Assembly: GCA_000182565.2 (NCBI GenBank)
Contig: KQ257463.1
DNA length: 64,000 nucleotides
Strand: one strand, 5' to 3'
Origin: Spizellomyces punctatus DAOM BR117
Taxonomy: Eukaryota
Part shown: one piece after another, positions 13,812 through 23,643 of the stretch
How the letters are laid out: the number at the start of each line of letters is the position of its first letter
How positions within the stretch are numbered: position 1 is the stretch's first letter
The notes under the pieces: generated by a model
Database searches by the model: none
The model's input: only the letters and a program-made list of their open reading frames with translations
What the model was told of the DNA's origin: nothing
Made by a program: the position numbers and the translations under genes

Positions 13812-15535
13812 CTGGGTAGCCAAACAAAATGTTTAAAAGAAAACCTCCCGCAAAGGAGTGTCAAATGGGACAGTTACTTGTGCATAGCGCTAAGCCGCGT
13901 GCAAATGAACGCGGGTTTTTCATGGCCTTTTGACATATTTTGCCGAGTTGCAGGCCAGAGATCTTGCACGAGATACATCAACATGCTGACTATATCCGAA
14001 TGCCAGTTAACAGACCACAGGATACATCTCTATATGTGAGGTCTTTCGCACACTTGCCTTTCCGCCAACGGGCTCATTCATTCAAATCCATCTCCTTTTC
14101 AATTTTCCAGACGTCAACGAACGTAACCTGTAGTGATGTATATTTCTTTCCTCCCTATATGCTACCTTTGAGGAAGGTTCAGAAGGTTGATGCGTCCGTT
14201 GCGCTTTCAGTGGTCACCTACGCCTAGTTTCCCCCCTTTAGAAACAGTCTCCACAAGTCAAAACCATCAAGGTTTTTATGATATTCATTCCACTGCAATA
14301 AAGTCTGTTCAAAAACAGCTGAAAGATCTCTTGGATGTAGAGAGGAGGAATCCACCATAAACTTTTGCCTATCACCGAGCCCGCAAATGACGATCCATGG
14401 ACTTGACCTTCGGTCTTGTTGAGCACAAAATTGCCTATAATCTCGGTGGACGGGAAGTCTCCAAAAAGAGATCAAGCTGACTATGACTCTGACCTGCTGG
14501 TCCTTTCATGAAAGAGTAGATGTTATTTTCCGAATGGTACGCAACGGCAAGTTGCCCGCTGGTACAATATCATATCTCACAGATGTATACCTAATGAGGA
14601 TGACACTGTCATCAGTTATGGAGCCGCCATTTCTAGGATGGCCATTTTCATCATCAGAGACCAAACGGGAAACTATACATCTTTGCAAATGACATGCGAC
14701 ATTCATTCGTAAAAGATCCCAACATCAGTGCCAATTCTTACCGCTGCACTTTATCAGATATGCGACAAGCGGCTGTACGCGCTGATATGGACAAAATCCA
14801 ATTTGAACACCCACGAGCAGAAAGCTCTATTGGCATGCTAGGAACAAAAAGTAAAACACTCACATTGCTCCTTCCTACTCAAACGACATGGACGTTCCAT
14901 CATGAACTCTTTCCAAATGGTATGAGCTGTAACTGCGCCCTCCGATCGCTTACCATACCAGACGTAAGCGTCTGCACGTGAGCATAAATCAGTTGAAGCG
15001 CTTGTACAAGCACCAAAGGTTGGATTGAACAATATCGCCTTTACTGAAAAATACCCAGCAAAATCTGAGTATAAGAGAAATACATTGAATTGTGTGATTG
15101 CATAAAGTGTCAAAAGCAAATGTACAGAAAATGTTATCGACACGGTCCAAAAATGGCGTTATATCAAGTTAAATGATAAGGAGAAGGCATGAATATATGG
15201 AGTCGTATGTGTGCACCTGGATCTGAGAAATGTTGAGTGCGACCCAATAGTGGAACAAGAAAAACAAAAGACTGCAAAAGTTTCCTGATGACCAGAAGAG
15301 GATGAAGGGTTATCTCGGTCATTGAATTAGCTATCTTTGCATGGTATTAAATACTGTATCAGCCCAAGAGATTACTGGTCAATGTATGTCAAGCTGTCGC
15401 TGGCAGAAGCTGCCGACAGTTTATCGTATCGGAAATACAAGAGCAATCCGTTTGAATTGCTAGTGTGTGATTACGTAATCTCGGAGTGTTTGTTCACCAG
15501 CCCACCCTTACAGTTGATCAGGAAGACTTTATCAA

Positions 15536-17440
15536 ATGGCTGATCAGAATATACAACCAGAGGAAGACAGCGTGGTGCGTAAATCAGTATATTTAAGACT
15601 CGGATGTGGATTCTGATTTTCTGCTCTGCAGAATGGGGAGTTGCGGGAGAATGTGGACGCAGTCGAACCGAGCGCAGAGTCACAAGCACAGCAAGTTCCC
15701 GCTCAAGGAGAGAGTGATGAACCAGGGCAAGGGGAGCAAGCGCAGGCGGAACCCACACAGGATCAGCAAGGACAGGCAGAACAGACCGAATTGCAGACTG
15801 AACATGCGCAGGACGAGGTGATCCAAGAAGATCAATTGCAAGGCGAGCCAACACCAACAGACCAACTTGGTGCACAAGATAATGAAATACCCACCGAAGA
15901 GGAACAAAGTATTCCTCTGACAACTGATGCCACTGAAGCCGACGCACTGCACACGCCAGCAAGATCACCGACTCCAACAGCGCCCCTCCCTTTGTCACCA
16001 GAGCCATCCCAACAAGATACTCAGTTCGTTCCTCCCACAGCTCGCACACTCCAATCCCCACCCCCTTCAACACCCACCTACACATTTCAAAACACGGATC
16101 CATCTACGCTCGATGCCCCAATAACATTGACGACTCCGCTCTCCCGCGTCGGATCGGGCGCCAGTACTCCAGTGGAGGTTGGGTACATCCCACCTACAAC
16201 GCCAACACAAGAAGAGAGTGTACAAGAGGAGGAGCAAGTTGTGCCTGAGCCGATTCCACAGGGATTGGATAGAGAAGAGTTGGTGGCAAAGATTCGGGCC
16301 GAACTAGATGGAAAGGATAAATTGCAGGTGAGGAATGTGGCTCTACAGAATCGGTTAGGAGAATATTTCAGAAAGAAACGAGTGAGTGTTTTTCTTTTGA
16401 TGGCGTTGACGGTGTGAGTATTGGGTATTAAGCGATTCTGTAGACGGACGAAACGCGCGAAACGGATCCAAAGCCGCCGACCGACCTGACAACGCGTTAC
16501 ACTACCTCACTCTCCACCCTCCTCACATTGAACCAAACGCTTCAAGCCTTGCATCAAACCCACACCAAGCTCTCTACCGACTATTTGACCAAACTCACTC
16601 AAAAACAGGAAGAAGCTGCGGCGAAAGCAGCCGAATTCTCCACCTACAAACGTGCCATTGCCCAAGCGGCTGAGAATAGCCGGACTGGCCGAAAAATTGC
16701 TCCAAAGGTTTTGGAAGGGCTAGAGATCAATGAGGAAAGAAAGGAAGCCGAAGTCATTGAGGTTCGATTGGAGAATATAAAGTTACGGAATAGGCTGCGG
16801 AGAAGCGAAGGATTGTTGAGGCAAAAGGTTTGTTTAGGTAAACTTTTGGCCACCTCTTAAAATTGCTGACCGTTTCCCAATAGGAAGAGCTAGCGGATGG
16901 TCTGCACCTGATCGACTTTGAACAACTTAAAATTGAGAATGCGACCTATAACGAAAAAATCGAAGATCGCAATGAGGATCTCCTTAAACTCCGAAAGAAG
17001 ATCACTACCATCGTCCAGGTTCTTACGCATGTCAAGGAAAAGCTGCATCATCTTTCCCACGAGACCCGGGTGTTACAGGACACATTAGGGGGATTGGATG
17101 AGCAAGTCATGAGGAAACGGGATGAGCTGCCGGTCAAAAAAGGAGAGAGGGATAAATTGAGGAATGAGAATGCAGAATTGCGAAAACGGGCTGGATTGCT
17201 CGGATCGGTTGGGCTGTTGCGGGATTTTGAGAAACATGCTGTATGTTTCAATTTTCAGTTTGGCATTGTAGCATCTTGCTGCAGGTGTGATTCATTTTTT
17301 TTTTGTTCATAATGCAGGACGAAGCACAGGCCTTGCACGGCCAGATTAATGCTCTACGAACACGCCATGCAGAGCTCTCTGCGGAAATGCTTGGTGTCAA
17401 AAGAAAAATTCAAAAGGCACAGATTGTAGGAGCAATATGA
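15536..17440 (+). CDS. CCDC96: Cilia-associated coiled-coil protein CCDC96/CFAP184-like (DUF4201), multi-exon
   Basis: Acidic Q/E-rich N-terminus, then coiled coil with EELADGLHLIDFEQLKIENATYNEKIEDRNEDLLKLRKK and LLRDFE. Confidence 0.8.
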
Positions 17441-17698
17441 TTGCCACAAAGTACGTTTATATTTGGAAAAACTAGGAGAGAGGAAGAAAAACACAAGGGA
17501 AAAATATAGGGAGGGGATATACTAGTAGAAACCAAAGAGTAGGATATACACAAGAAGAGACACACACAAGTGGAGGCTTTGCAGAAAAGCAACAATAGAA
17601 TGCATTTGTGCAGGTTAACGGTCGGTCAAAAAGAATATGAGGTTCATTGAGGAAAGAGCTTTTTGTGCCTGTGCATACGAGAGAGAGATGTCTAAGTC

Positions 17699-18428
17699 CT
17701 ATGTACGATTGGCGAAATGCGCGACATTGGCGAGAATCATATCATACCCCAGTTTAATGATAATGTAGCCGCCGACACCAGCAGCGACAAACGCGCCAAA
17801 GAGTTTGATAATGAATCGACTAGCGTTGATCAATTTTAGCTCTACCGATATTCAAGAGGAGCAAACAAAAGGGCAAGATACGCTACCATCCGTCGTTGCC
17901 TTCCCAAATCTCAACGCCCCATACCCACCATTTCCATGTTGCCTTTCCCTCCAATCTTTTCCTGTTTTTTGTTTTTCTCCTTTTTCTCAATCCCGGTTCC
18001 GATGAGGTATCCGACCCACACACTGCGGCGCTGCTGCTGCTGCAAGTTTTGTATCCGTCCTGGTCTTCTGGTGGAGTGGGATTGGGAGGGACGTCGACAA
18101 TGGGCAAGGGAAGAGTGCAGTTTGCCGTGTTTACAAAAGGCAGCGGCGTGAGACTTCTCCCACTCGACAGAGAAATGATTTCCAAGTCTGAAAAGTCCCT
18201 TTTAGTAATTTCGACCCAGGACCAGTCTGTCCATGCAGGAGGCGGGGTTGGAGGCGGGCGAAGGAGAGCTGTGATGTGAGGAGAGAGAGGTGTGGCCGTC
18301 ATTCCATTGTCCAACGTGGCAGAGTGCTTTGTAAACGTTTCTTCTTCTGTCGTTGCCAATGTCCCTGTGGAGGCAAGGTCTTCGAGTCGTTCAATCAGCG
18401 TAGGTCGATACGGCGGCGGCGTATGCAT
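17699..18428 (-). CDS. Hypothetical protein with a basic patch and C-terminal hydrophobic segment (2 exons)
   Basis: ORF from MHTPPPYRPT. A downstream open frame FIIKLFGAFVAAGVGGYIIIKLG ends at TAG 17699-17701. The splice junction is not firmly resolved and no family was recognised. Confidence 0.4.
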
Positions 18429-18805
18429 GTGTGTGTTTTTGTGTGTGTGTAAATGTGTATATATGTGTGTTTGGGAAAAACAGTCAAAAAACACAAGAAT
18501 AACGACGATGATGACGGGAACGAGTGGCATATGTCACATTACAAGTCACATTATCCAGCCCTCCTGTACGACCGTATCATGAGATAAGATTCAATTTCAT
18601 ATTAAAAATAGATGCAGCCACTGGATCGAATGAGATGAAATGCAAGATGCCTCCCTTGATTTTCAAATGAATGGTTTGCATTATATGCAGCCATGAACGG
18701 ATTGCAATTACTATCCCTTGCGGCCATCTATGAGAGGAACTACTCTCCTGTAGCAGTTGCCACCTGCATGACGCTCCATGACTCAATATATCGACTCAGT
18801 TTTTC

Positions 18806-18813
18806 TATATAAA
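18806..18813 (+). promoter_or_regulatory. TATA-box-like element upstream of the stand-alone omegaRNA
   Basis: TATATAAA followed by a pyrimidine-rich tract, the same layout as the putative Fanzor promoter at 19708. Confidence 0.35.
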
Positions 18814-19192
18814 CCCCCCTCTTCCCCCATCTTGTTTCTTCCTCCCTCGACTCTCGAAGCATCTGCCCAATGCTCAAGTCCCATCATGAGAATGCCGCTC
18901 TGGTGCCGAGGACCTCGTCCGCCCGACAAATACAACATAACCCCTTGCAAACGCTGCTATATTGCTACGATCGCAGGTATATCTTGCTGATTTTTCCCAC
19001 GTGCATATTCCCAGTCCAATTCTGATTTGACTAGTATCTGAAACGTCCTCCGACTAAGAATTTCGGAATCAAAGGGCTAGTAGGATTTCTCTCGTGGTGG
19101 TGGGCGCTAGTTACCCGGTTGACCAACCGTTATCGCATGTGTAATTGTTAGCGATAGTTTTTTTACTTGTAAGGACTTGGTTAGCTAGTTGG

Positions 19193-19281
19193 CTTTTCCG
19201 AACCGGTTCTCGCCGGTTCATTCCCTGGTGTGCGCGGCACGACATCGGTTTTTTGCTCGCACACTATTCAATCCGTTAAGC
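19193..19281 (+). ncRNA. Stand-alone Fanzor omegaRNA-like RNA (74-nt scaffold 19193-19266 plus putative ~15-nt guide TTCAATCCGTTAAGC)
   Basis: First 38 nt are 36/38 identical to the element's omegaRNA (21678-21715). Same 74-nt length, ending in CACTA. Stems GAACCGG/CCGGTTC and TGGTGTGCG/CGCACACTA are kept, with compensatory changes. Confidence 0.8.
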
Positions 19282-19505
19282 GTCATTCCCTTTTCAAATG
19301 CAAACGTTCAATTGAAGGGAGATAAAAGTCTTGTGATGACTATGATTGAGTAAGCAATATCTCCATTTTAGGAAGGCTTTCACGTGAACACTATTGAGTG
19401 GTTCCTTTTTGGAACGGAGATCCCTGCACATGTGTAGGATCCTTTTTGTAGTTTTTAGGTAGGAGTCGTAGCTGGCAGTAGCGGTAGTAATGTCTCTGCT
19501 TCCCC

Positions 19506-19603
19506 AATGGCTGCCTAGAGGCTGCCTAATGGCTCCCTGATGGCTGCCTAATGGCCGTCTATCATAGTCTATACGAGTCCATCCTAGTCTATCCTAGTCC
19601 ATA
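19506..19603 (+). repeat. Degenerate minisatellite: 5 x 11-bp (AATGGCTGCCT) then 4 x 10-bp (ATCCTAGTCY), resuming after the transposon at 21751-21770
   Basis: aatggctgcct/agaggctgcct/aatggctccct/gatggctgcct/aatggccgtct, then atcatagtct/atacgagtcc/atcctagtct/atcctagtcc. Right flank reads acgatagtct/acgctcgtcc. Confidence 0.8.
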
Positions 19604-19631
19604 GTGCGGAGCCGATGGGTATTGGCACTAG
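19602..19631 (+). repeat. Left terminal inverted repeat (includes terminal TA / probable target-site duplication)
   Basis: 30/30 reverse-complement match to 21722-21751. Confidence 0.95.
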
Positions 19632-19707
19632 TACATAGATTCCAACCAATTTAATCATAATTTTACTCGATTTAGACTCATGAACTATGGTTTGATCCAA
19701 AAAATCC

Positions 19708-19715
19708 TATATAAG
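19708..19715 (+). promoter_or_regulatory. TATA-like box of the Fanzor gene
   Basis: TATATAAG about 50 nt upstream of the ATG at 19765, followed by a pyrimidine-rich leader. Confidence 0.45.
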
Positions 19716-19764
19716 TTGTCGTGCCCATTTTCCCAGGCTTTCATCTTTTCCCACAGATATCATC

Positions 19765-21663
19765 ATGCCGCCAAAGAAAAAGCAAAAGCTTGAAAAACTC
19801 GACAAACCTACTTGCTTACATACCTGCAACAAGACTTCCTTTGCAAAAGCTTTCTTGCCAAACGAGACCTACCGGCAGCGTCTTCTAGATTACATCGCCA
19901 TCATCCATCAACTCGCTGACCACGCTTCCCACGCTCTCAAATTCTACATCCTATCTGCACCAACCTTTCCCACGGTAAATGAAGATACAATCGAAGCAAT
20001 TCTCTATCTTCTCAACAAAGGAGAGGCTTGGCATCCAAGAAAGGAAGCAAAGAAGGCATGGCGGGATTGTTTGCTGCCATATGTTCAACGGTACTGCCAA
20101 ATCGTCGGCTTTGTTCACCCAAATCTACGAGGCGAGCAGCAATCAGTCAATTACCTGACAGCGAGTATGATGACGAACCTGAAAGTCAACGTTCAAGAGC
20201 ATTTCATGCAGATGCTCCTTCGGTATATCAATCTGCGGCTCGACGTGAAGGGACAGAAGCAGCGACTGCCACTGAAAAGCGATGCGCGGCAAGCTTTCTT
20301 TACTCGGCTACGCTACTTGAAGTCGGTTTTCCTTTTCGAAACTATGCCAGAATCACTGGATGACTTGAGCATTCTTGAAAACGAGATTTTAGAAGAGATC
20401 TGGACACTTAACCTGCCATTTCCTGATCAAGACAAGCCGCTTGCCTACCTCATTGCCATCGACGCGATGTCCTTCTTTCCTGCATACTGCCGACTGTCAA
20501 AGTTGTTCGAGCAGCAAGGTTTTCAACAGTTCAGCGCGATACCTCTGCGCCGCTCTCTCATCCAAAGCCATATTCGCATCGACACGGTCATTCTCTACGC
20601 CCACATCCTCTGCATCACCCGCCAAGAAGCAGAAGCCGTAGAGAAGGTCGATTTATGGTTGCGCGTCTGTAATCTACGTACCAAAGCTTTTCGGTCTCGC
20701 TGTGGTATGCATTTTGAAGGCTCGATCACGACGGACGGAACCTCGGTGTCTGTATACCTAAAGCACCCAGAAGCTGACAAGTACGGAAAGCGCGGAGCGA
20801 GAAAGTCAGCAAAGGCTCTAGCAGCTGAGGTGAAGGCGCTGTATGTGGAAAACAACTTACCTGCTTGTCGAGCAGCAGAGAATGTCGTCGTTATCGACCC
20901 AAACAAACGCGACATTCTCTACTGCCAAGACAGTAATGGTACAACGTTTCGCTACACCGCCAATCAACGCTGCAAGGAGACTGGAAGCCGTCGATTTGCA
21001 AAAGAACGGCAGCGGATGAAAGCTGGCGGTATTGACCTCATAGAATCACGTATCCCAAGCCACAAGACGATGAACCTCATAGACTTCATGCGTTACCTTC
21101 TCGTTCGCCGCGCTGATTGGGATCGTCGAAAGGAGTTCTACTCCCACCCTGCTCATACTCGATGGAAATGGCACGCATTCATAAACCGTCAGAAGAGCGA
21201 ATCAGACCTCATATCCAACATGCGCAACAAGTACGGCGAAAACTTCACCATTGTGATGGGTGATTGGAGCGACGCCGGTCGAACTGCGAGATTTCAGACC
21301 TCATCAAAGACGAAAGGTTGGCGCACCCTCTTAAAGCGGAACAGGATCAACTGCTTCCTTCTCGACGAGTACAAGACCTCATCTGTCTGCCCTCGCTGTT
21401 TGGCCTCATCTGATGACTTCCTTGAAAAGGACTTCAAAACACGACCTCATTCAAGACCTTGGCGCCGTCGCGAAGGCAAGATTGAAAAAGTCCATGGATT
21501 GCTGGGTTGTACCAACCCTAACTGTCAGCAAGCCTGGACGATGCGCTACTGGAACAGGGACACGCTGAGCACCTGCAACATGCTGATGATCGTGCAATCA
21601 ATGTTGGATGGACACGGTAGACCAGAGGTGTTCAGTCGGAGGAGTGTTCCAGCCGTAGCGTAG
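19765..21663 (+). CDS. Fz1: Fanzor1 RNA-guided DNA endonuclease (TnpB/Cas12-like RuvC, SpuFz1-like), 632 aa, intronless
   Basis: N-terminal NLS PPKKKQK. RuvC-I VVIDPNKRDIL (D378), RuvC-II LLDEYKTS (E535), Zn finger CPRC...CTNPNC (C542, C545, C582, C587), RuvC-III WNRD (D599). The sequence closely resembles Spizellomyces SpuFz1 as I recall it. Confidence 0.95.
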   Translation: MPPKKKQKLEKLDKPTCLHTCNKTSFAKAFLPNETYRQRLLDYIAIIHQLADHASHALKFYILSAPTFPTVNEDTIEAILYLLNKGEAWHPRKEAKKAWRDCLLPYVQRYCQIVGFVHPNLRGEQQSVNYLTASMMTNLKVNVQEHFMQMLLRYINLRLDVKGQKQRLPLKSDARQAFFTRLRYLKSVFLFETMPESLDDLSILENEILEEIWTLNLPFPDQDKPLAYLIAIDAMSFFPAYCRLSKLFEQQGFQQFSAIPLRRSLIQSHIRIDTVILYAHILCITRQEAEAVEKVDLWLRVCNLRTKAFRSRCGMHFEGSITTDGTSVSVYLKHPEADKYGKRGARKSAKALAAEVKALYVENNLPACRAAENVVVIDPNKRDILYCQDSNGTTFRYTANQRCKETGSRRFAKERQRMKAGGIDLIESRIPSHKTMNLIDFMRYLLVRRADWDRRKEFYSHPAHTRWKWHAFINRQKSESDLISNMRNKYGENFTIVMGDWSDAGRTARFQTSSKTKGWRTLLKRNRINCFLLDEYKTSSVCPRCLASSDDFLEKDFKTRPHSRPWRRREGKIEKVHGLLGCTNPNCQQAWTMRYWNRDTLSTCNMLMIVQSMLDGHGRPEVFSRRSVPAVA

Positions 21664-21677
21664 ATTAGTTAGATTAC

Positions 21678-21766
21678 CTTTTCCGAACCGGTTGTCGCCG
21701 GTTCAATCCCTGGTGCGGGTGCTAGTGCCAATACCCATCGGCTCCGCACTACGATAGTCTACGCTC
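21678..21766 (+). ncRNA. Fanzor omegaRNA (scaffold 21678-21751 overlapping the right TIR, plus ~15-nt flank-derived guide CGATAGTCTACGCTC)
   Basis: Starts just after the Fanzor stop codon. Hairpins GAACCGG-ttgtcg-CCGGTTC and TGGTGCGG...CCGCACTA. The layout is that of known Fanzor/TnpB right-end RNAs. Confidence 0.88.
21722..21751 (-). repeat. Right terminal inverted repeat
   Basis: CTAGTGCCAATACCCATCGGCTCCGCACTA, the reverse complement of 19602-19631. Confidence 0.95.
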
Positions 21767-22014
21767 GTCCATGGCTGTGTGTCCATTCAATCTTGTAGTG
21801 TAGAAAGAGCCGCTGGTTTTGGGGGGCTGACGTCTGTGGCTGTGCCATGCTGTGGGATGGCGCAGGTTGCTAAACTCATGTGACACGCGTATGAATCAAT
21901 TTTTAACTTTAAGGAAAGAGCGACAAAAAGTAGAAGGACCGTTTCCCGTTATCTTTCCCGCTATTTGACGTTCGAGCGCCATTTCCCAACTTTCAAGCAT
22001 CTCGAGGGCAGGCA

Positions 22015-23643
22015 ATGATGAAGGCACTGCTTTTCATCGCCTTGGTCTCTGGTGGAGCGTGGGCTCAAAGTATGTACTGGGTGATGCAGCGAGCAGTCTT
22101 GTTTGAATTTGTATACTGACAAATTCACCCACTTTTCAGGCCCATGCGAGCTTACGGACAGAATATGTCTGACTCAAACCACTCTGCAAATCGGATCGCC
22201 TTTCTCCCTTTACCTCTATTTCGCTGGATTTCAACAAAAGGATCCGGCCAAATGGACAATATCCCTTTTTAAGGGAGACTTGCGGGCAAACCCTCAAACC
22301 GATCCTTGCCGTCCCGGCCAACAATTGATTTACAAGTGGGAAGCACCCCCGTTTACCGTCGTATCGACAAATGTTGCCAAAGGGGATTTGGTAATTGATC
22401 CAAAGGTTGTGAATACCATTGCTGGCGACAATCAGTACTTTTTTCAAGCCACGGATGGGACGCAAGGAGTTTGTCCCATGGGGCCCTTTGCAGGGGTGAC
22501 GCACGTCCAACTGGGTGAGTACATTTAGACTGGAAAAAGTTGGCACACGACGCTAGGCAAGCATTGCCAGCCTTCTAGTAGGAAAACAATGCTGCATAAG
22601 AGTACGGTGACACGAGTGCAAACCTCTTATGTTCAGGTTTTCTCACGCGGGAACGAAAGGATCGCATGTTTTTGCAAGACATTGAATTTTATCGTGATGG
22701 CTATCGCTGTATATTTCCGCCTGCATAGCTAGGCGCTATTTTATACAAGGTACTAACGTACTGGCTGTGGTTGATAGCTCTTGCGACTACCTCCTCCACA
22801 ACAGCACCAGCAACATCGACCACGTCGACCGCCGCACCCACCACCGTTAAGGAAGCTCCAGCCCAAACACCGCCAGCAGGTGTCTTCCCGACTGGGCCTA
22901 CTGCTCCCGCCACTGCAAGCAGCTCCTCGTCGTCATCACCAAACGTTGGATTAATTGTGGGTGTCATTTTCGTCGCATTGATAATATTATCCGCTGGCGG
23001 ACTCTTCTTCTTTCGACGAAAACGAAAGAACAAGCGAAACTGGGGAATGGAGGGCGGCGCAGGTGCTGCTGCTGCGTCTGCCGCAGTTGTGGGATCGTCC
23101 AAGCCAAACATGTCAGAACGAAAGGAGACTATTGGATCATTGGCTCCATCCGAAAGTGCCTCGCTTGCCAGGCTCGTTTCTATACACCCAGATCCAGAAG
23201 ACGAAATTTTTGTTGGACCGCCAATACCTGCCTCATTGGCTAGACCGCAATCAGCAGCAGCTTTGGCAGCCGAATCAACAGCCACCGCTCCTCTCCTTCC
23301 ATCTTTGACCACTCAACCAGAAATCGCCACACCCCGCCTCAGCTCCGCAACCGACCCATTCTCGGATGTTCATGCAGATCCCTTCTCCGATCCCATTCCA
23401 CCACCACAACCTCCACCATCGTCATCACACCGCCGTTCCATTCTGGCGTCGCTCCACTTGGACCGTGACTTGGTCTCTAAAACTCCTGTGTCTTCCAGCA
23501 GCACGTCTGCAAACGATCGACATGCCTTTGCTCTGATGGTTGCACAGGCGTTCCGAAAGGAGCTTAACGATCCACAGATGGAGTGGGATCGAAAAAGTGG
23601 TGATTCAACAGAGAGTGACAGGGATCAACCGTCTGCCTCGTAG
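22015..23643 (+). CDS. Single-pass type I membrane protein (signal peptide, Cys-containing ectodomain, S/T stalk, TM, basic stop-transfer); Mid2/Wsc-like topology
   Basis: MMKALLFIALVSGGAWAQ signal peptide, then an intron. T/S/A-rich stalk, then VGLIVGVIFVALIILSAGGLFFF followed by RRKRKNKR. Confidence 0.7.

Larger units (their letters stand above)
19602..21751 (+). mobile_element. Fanzor1-carrying TIR DNA transposon (Spu-1-like), no transposase gene, TA at both ends
   Basis: TAGTGCGGAGCCGATGGGTATTGGCACTAG (19602-19631) is the exact reverse complement of 21722-21751. It encloses only a Fanzor ORF plus omegaRNA. CATA lies at the left junction (19600-19603). Confidence 0.95.

Noticed and set aside
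18428-18471. (TG)-rich tract
   Set aside because: Ordinary imperfect microsatellite in a probable 5' UTR.
18692-18710. AACGGATTG partial reverse-complement match to the orphan guide (possible target or left end)
   Set aside because: Only 9 contiguous nt, no CATA TAM in the right position and no TIR similarity. Chance level.
19333-19339. GTGATGA C-box suggesting a C/D snoRNA
   Set aside because: No properly placed CTGA D box or terminal stem was found.
19506-19603. Short repeats next to a Cas12-like nuclease considered as a CRISPR array
   Set aside because: Units are 10-11 bp and directly tandem with no unique spacers. This is a minisatellite.
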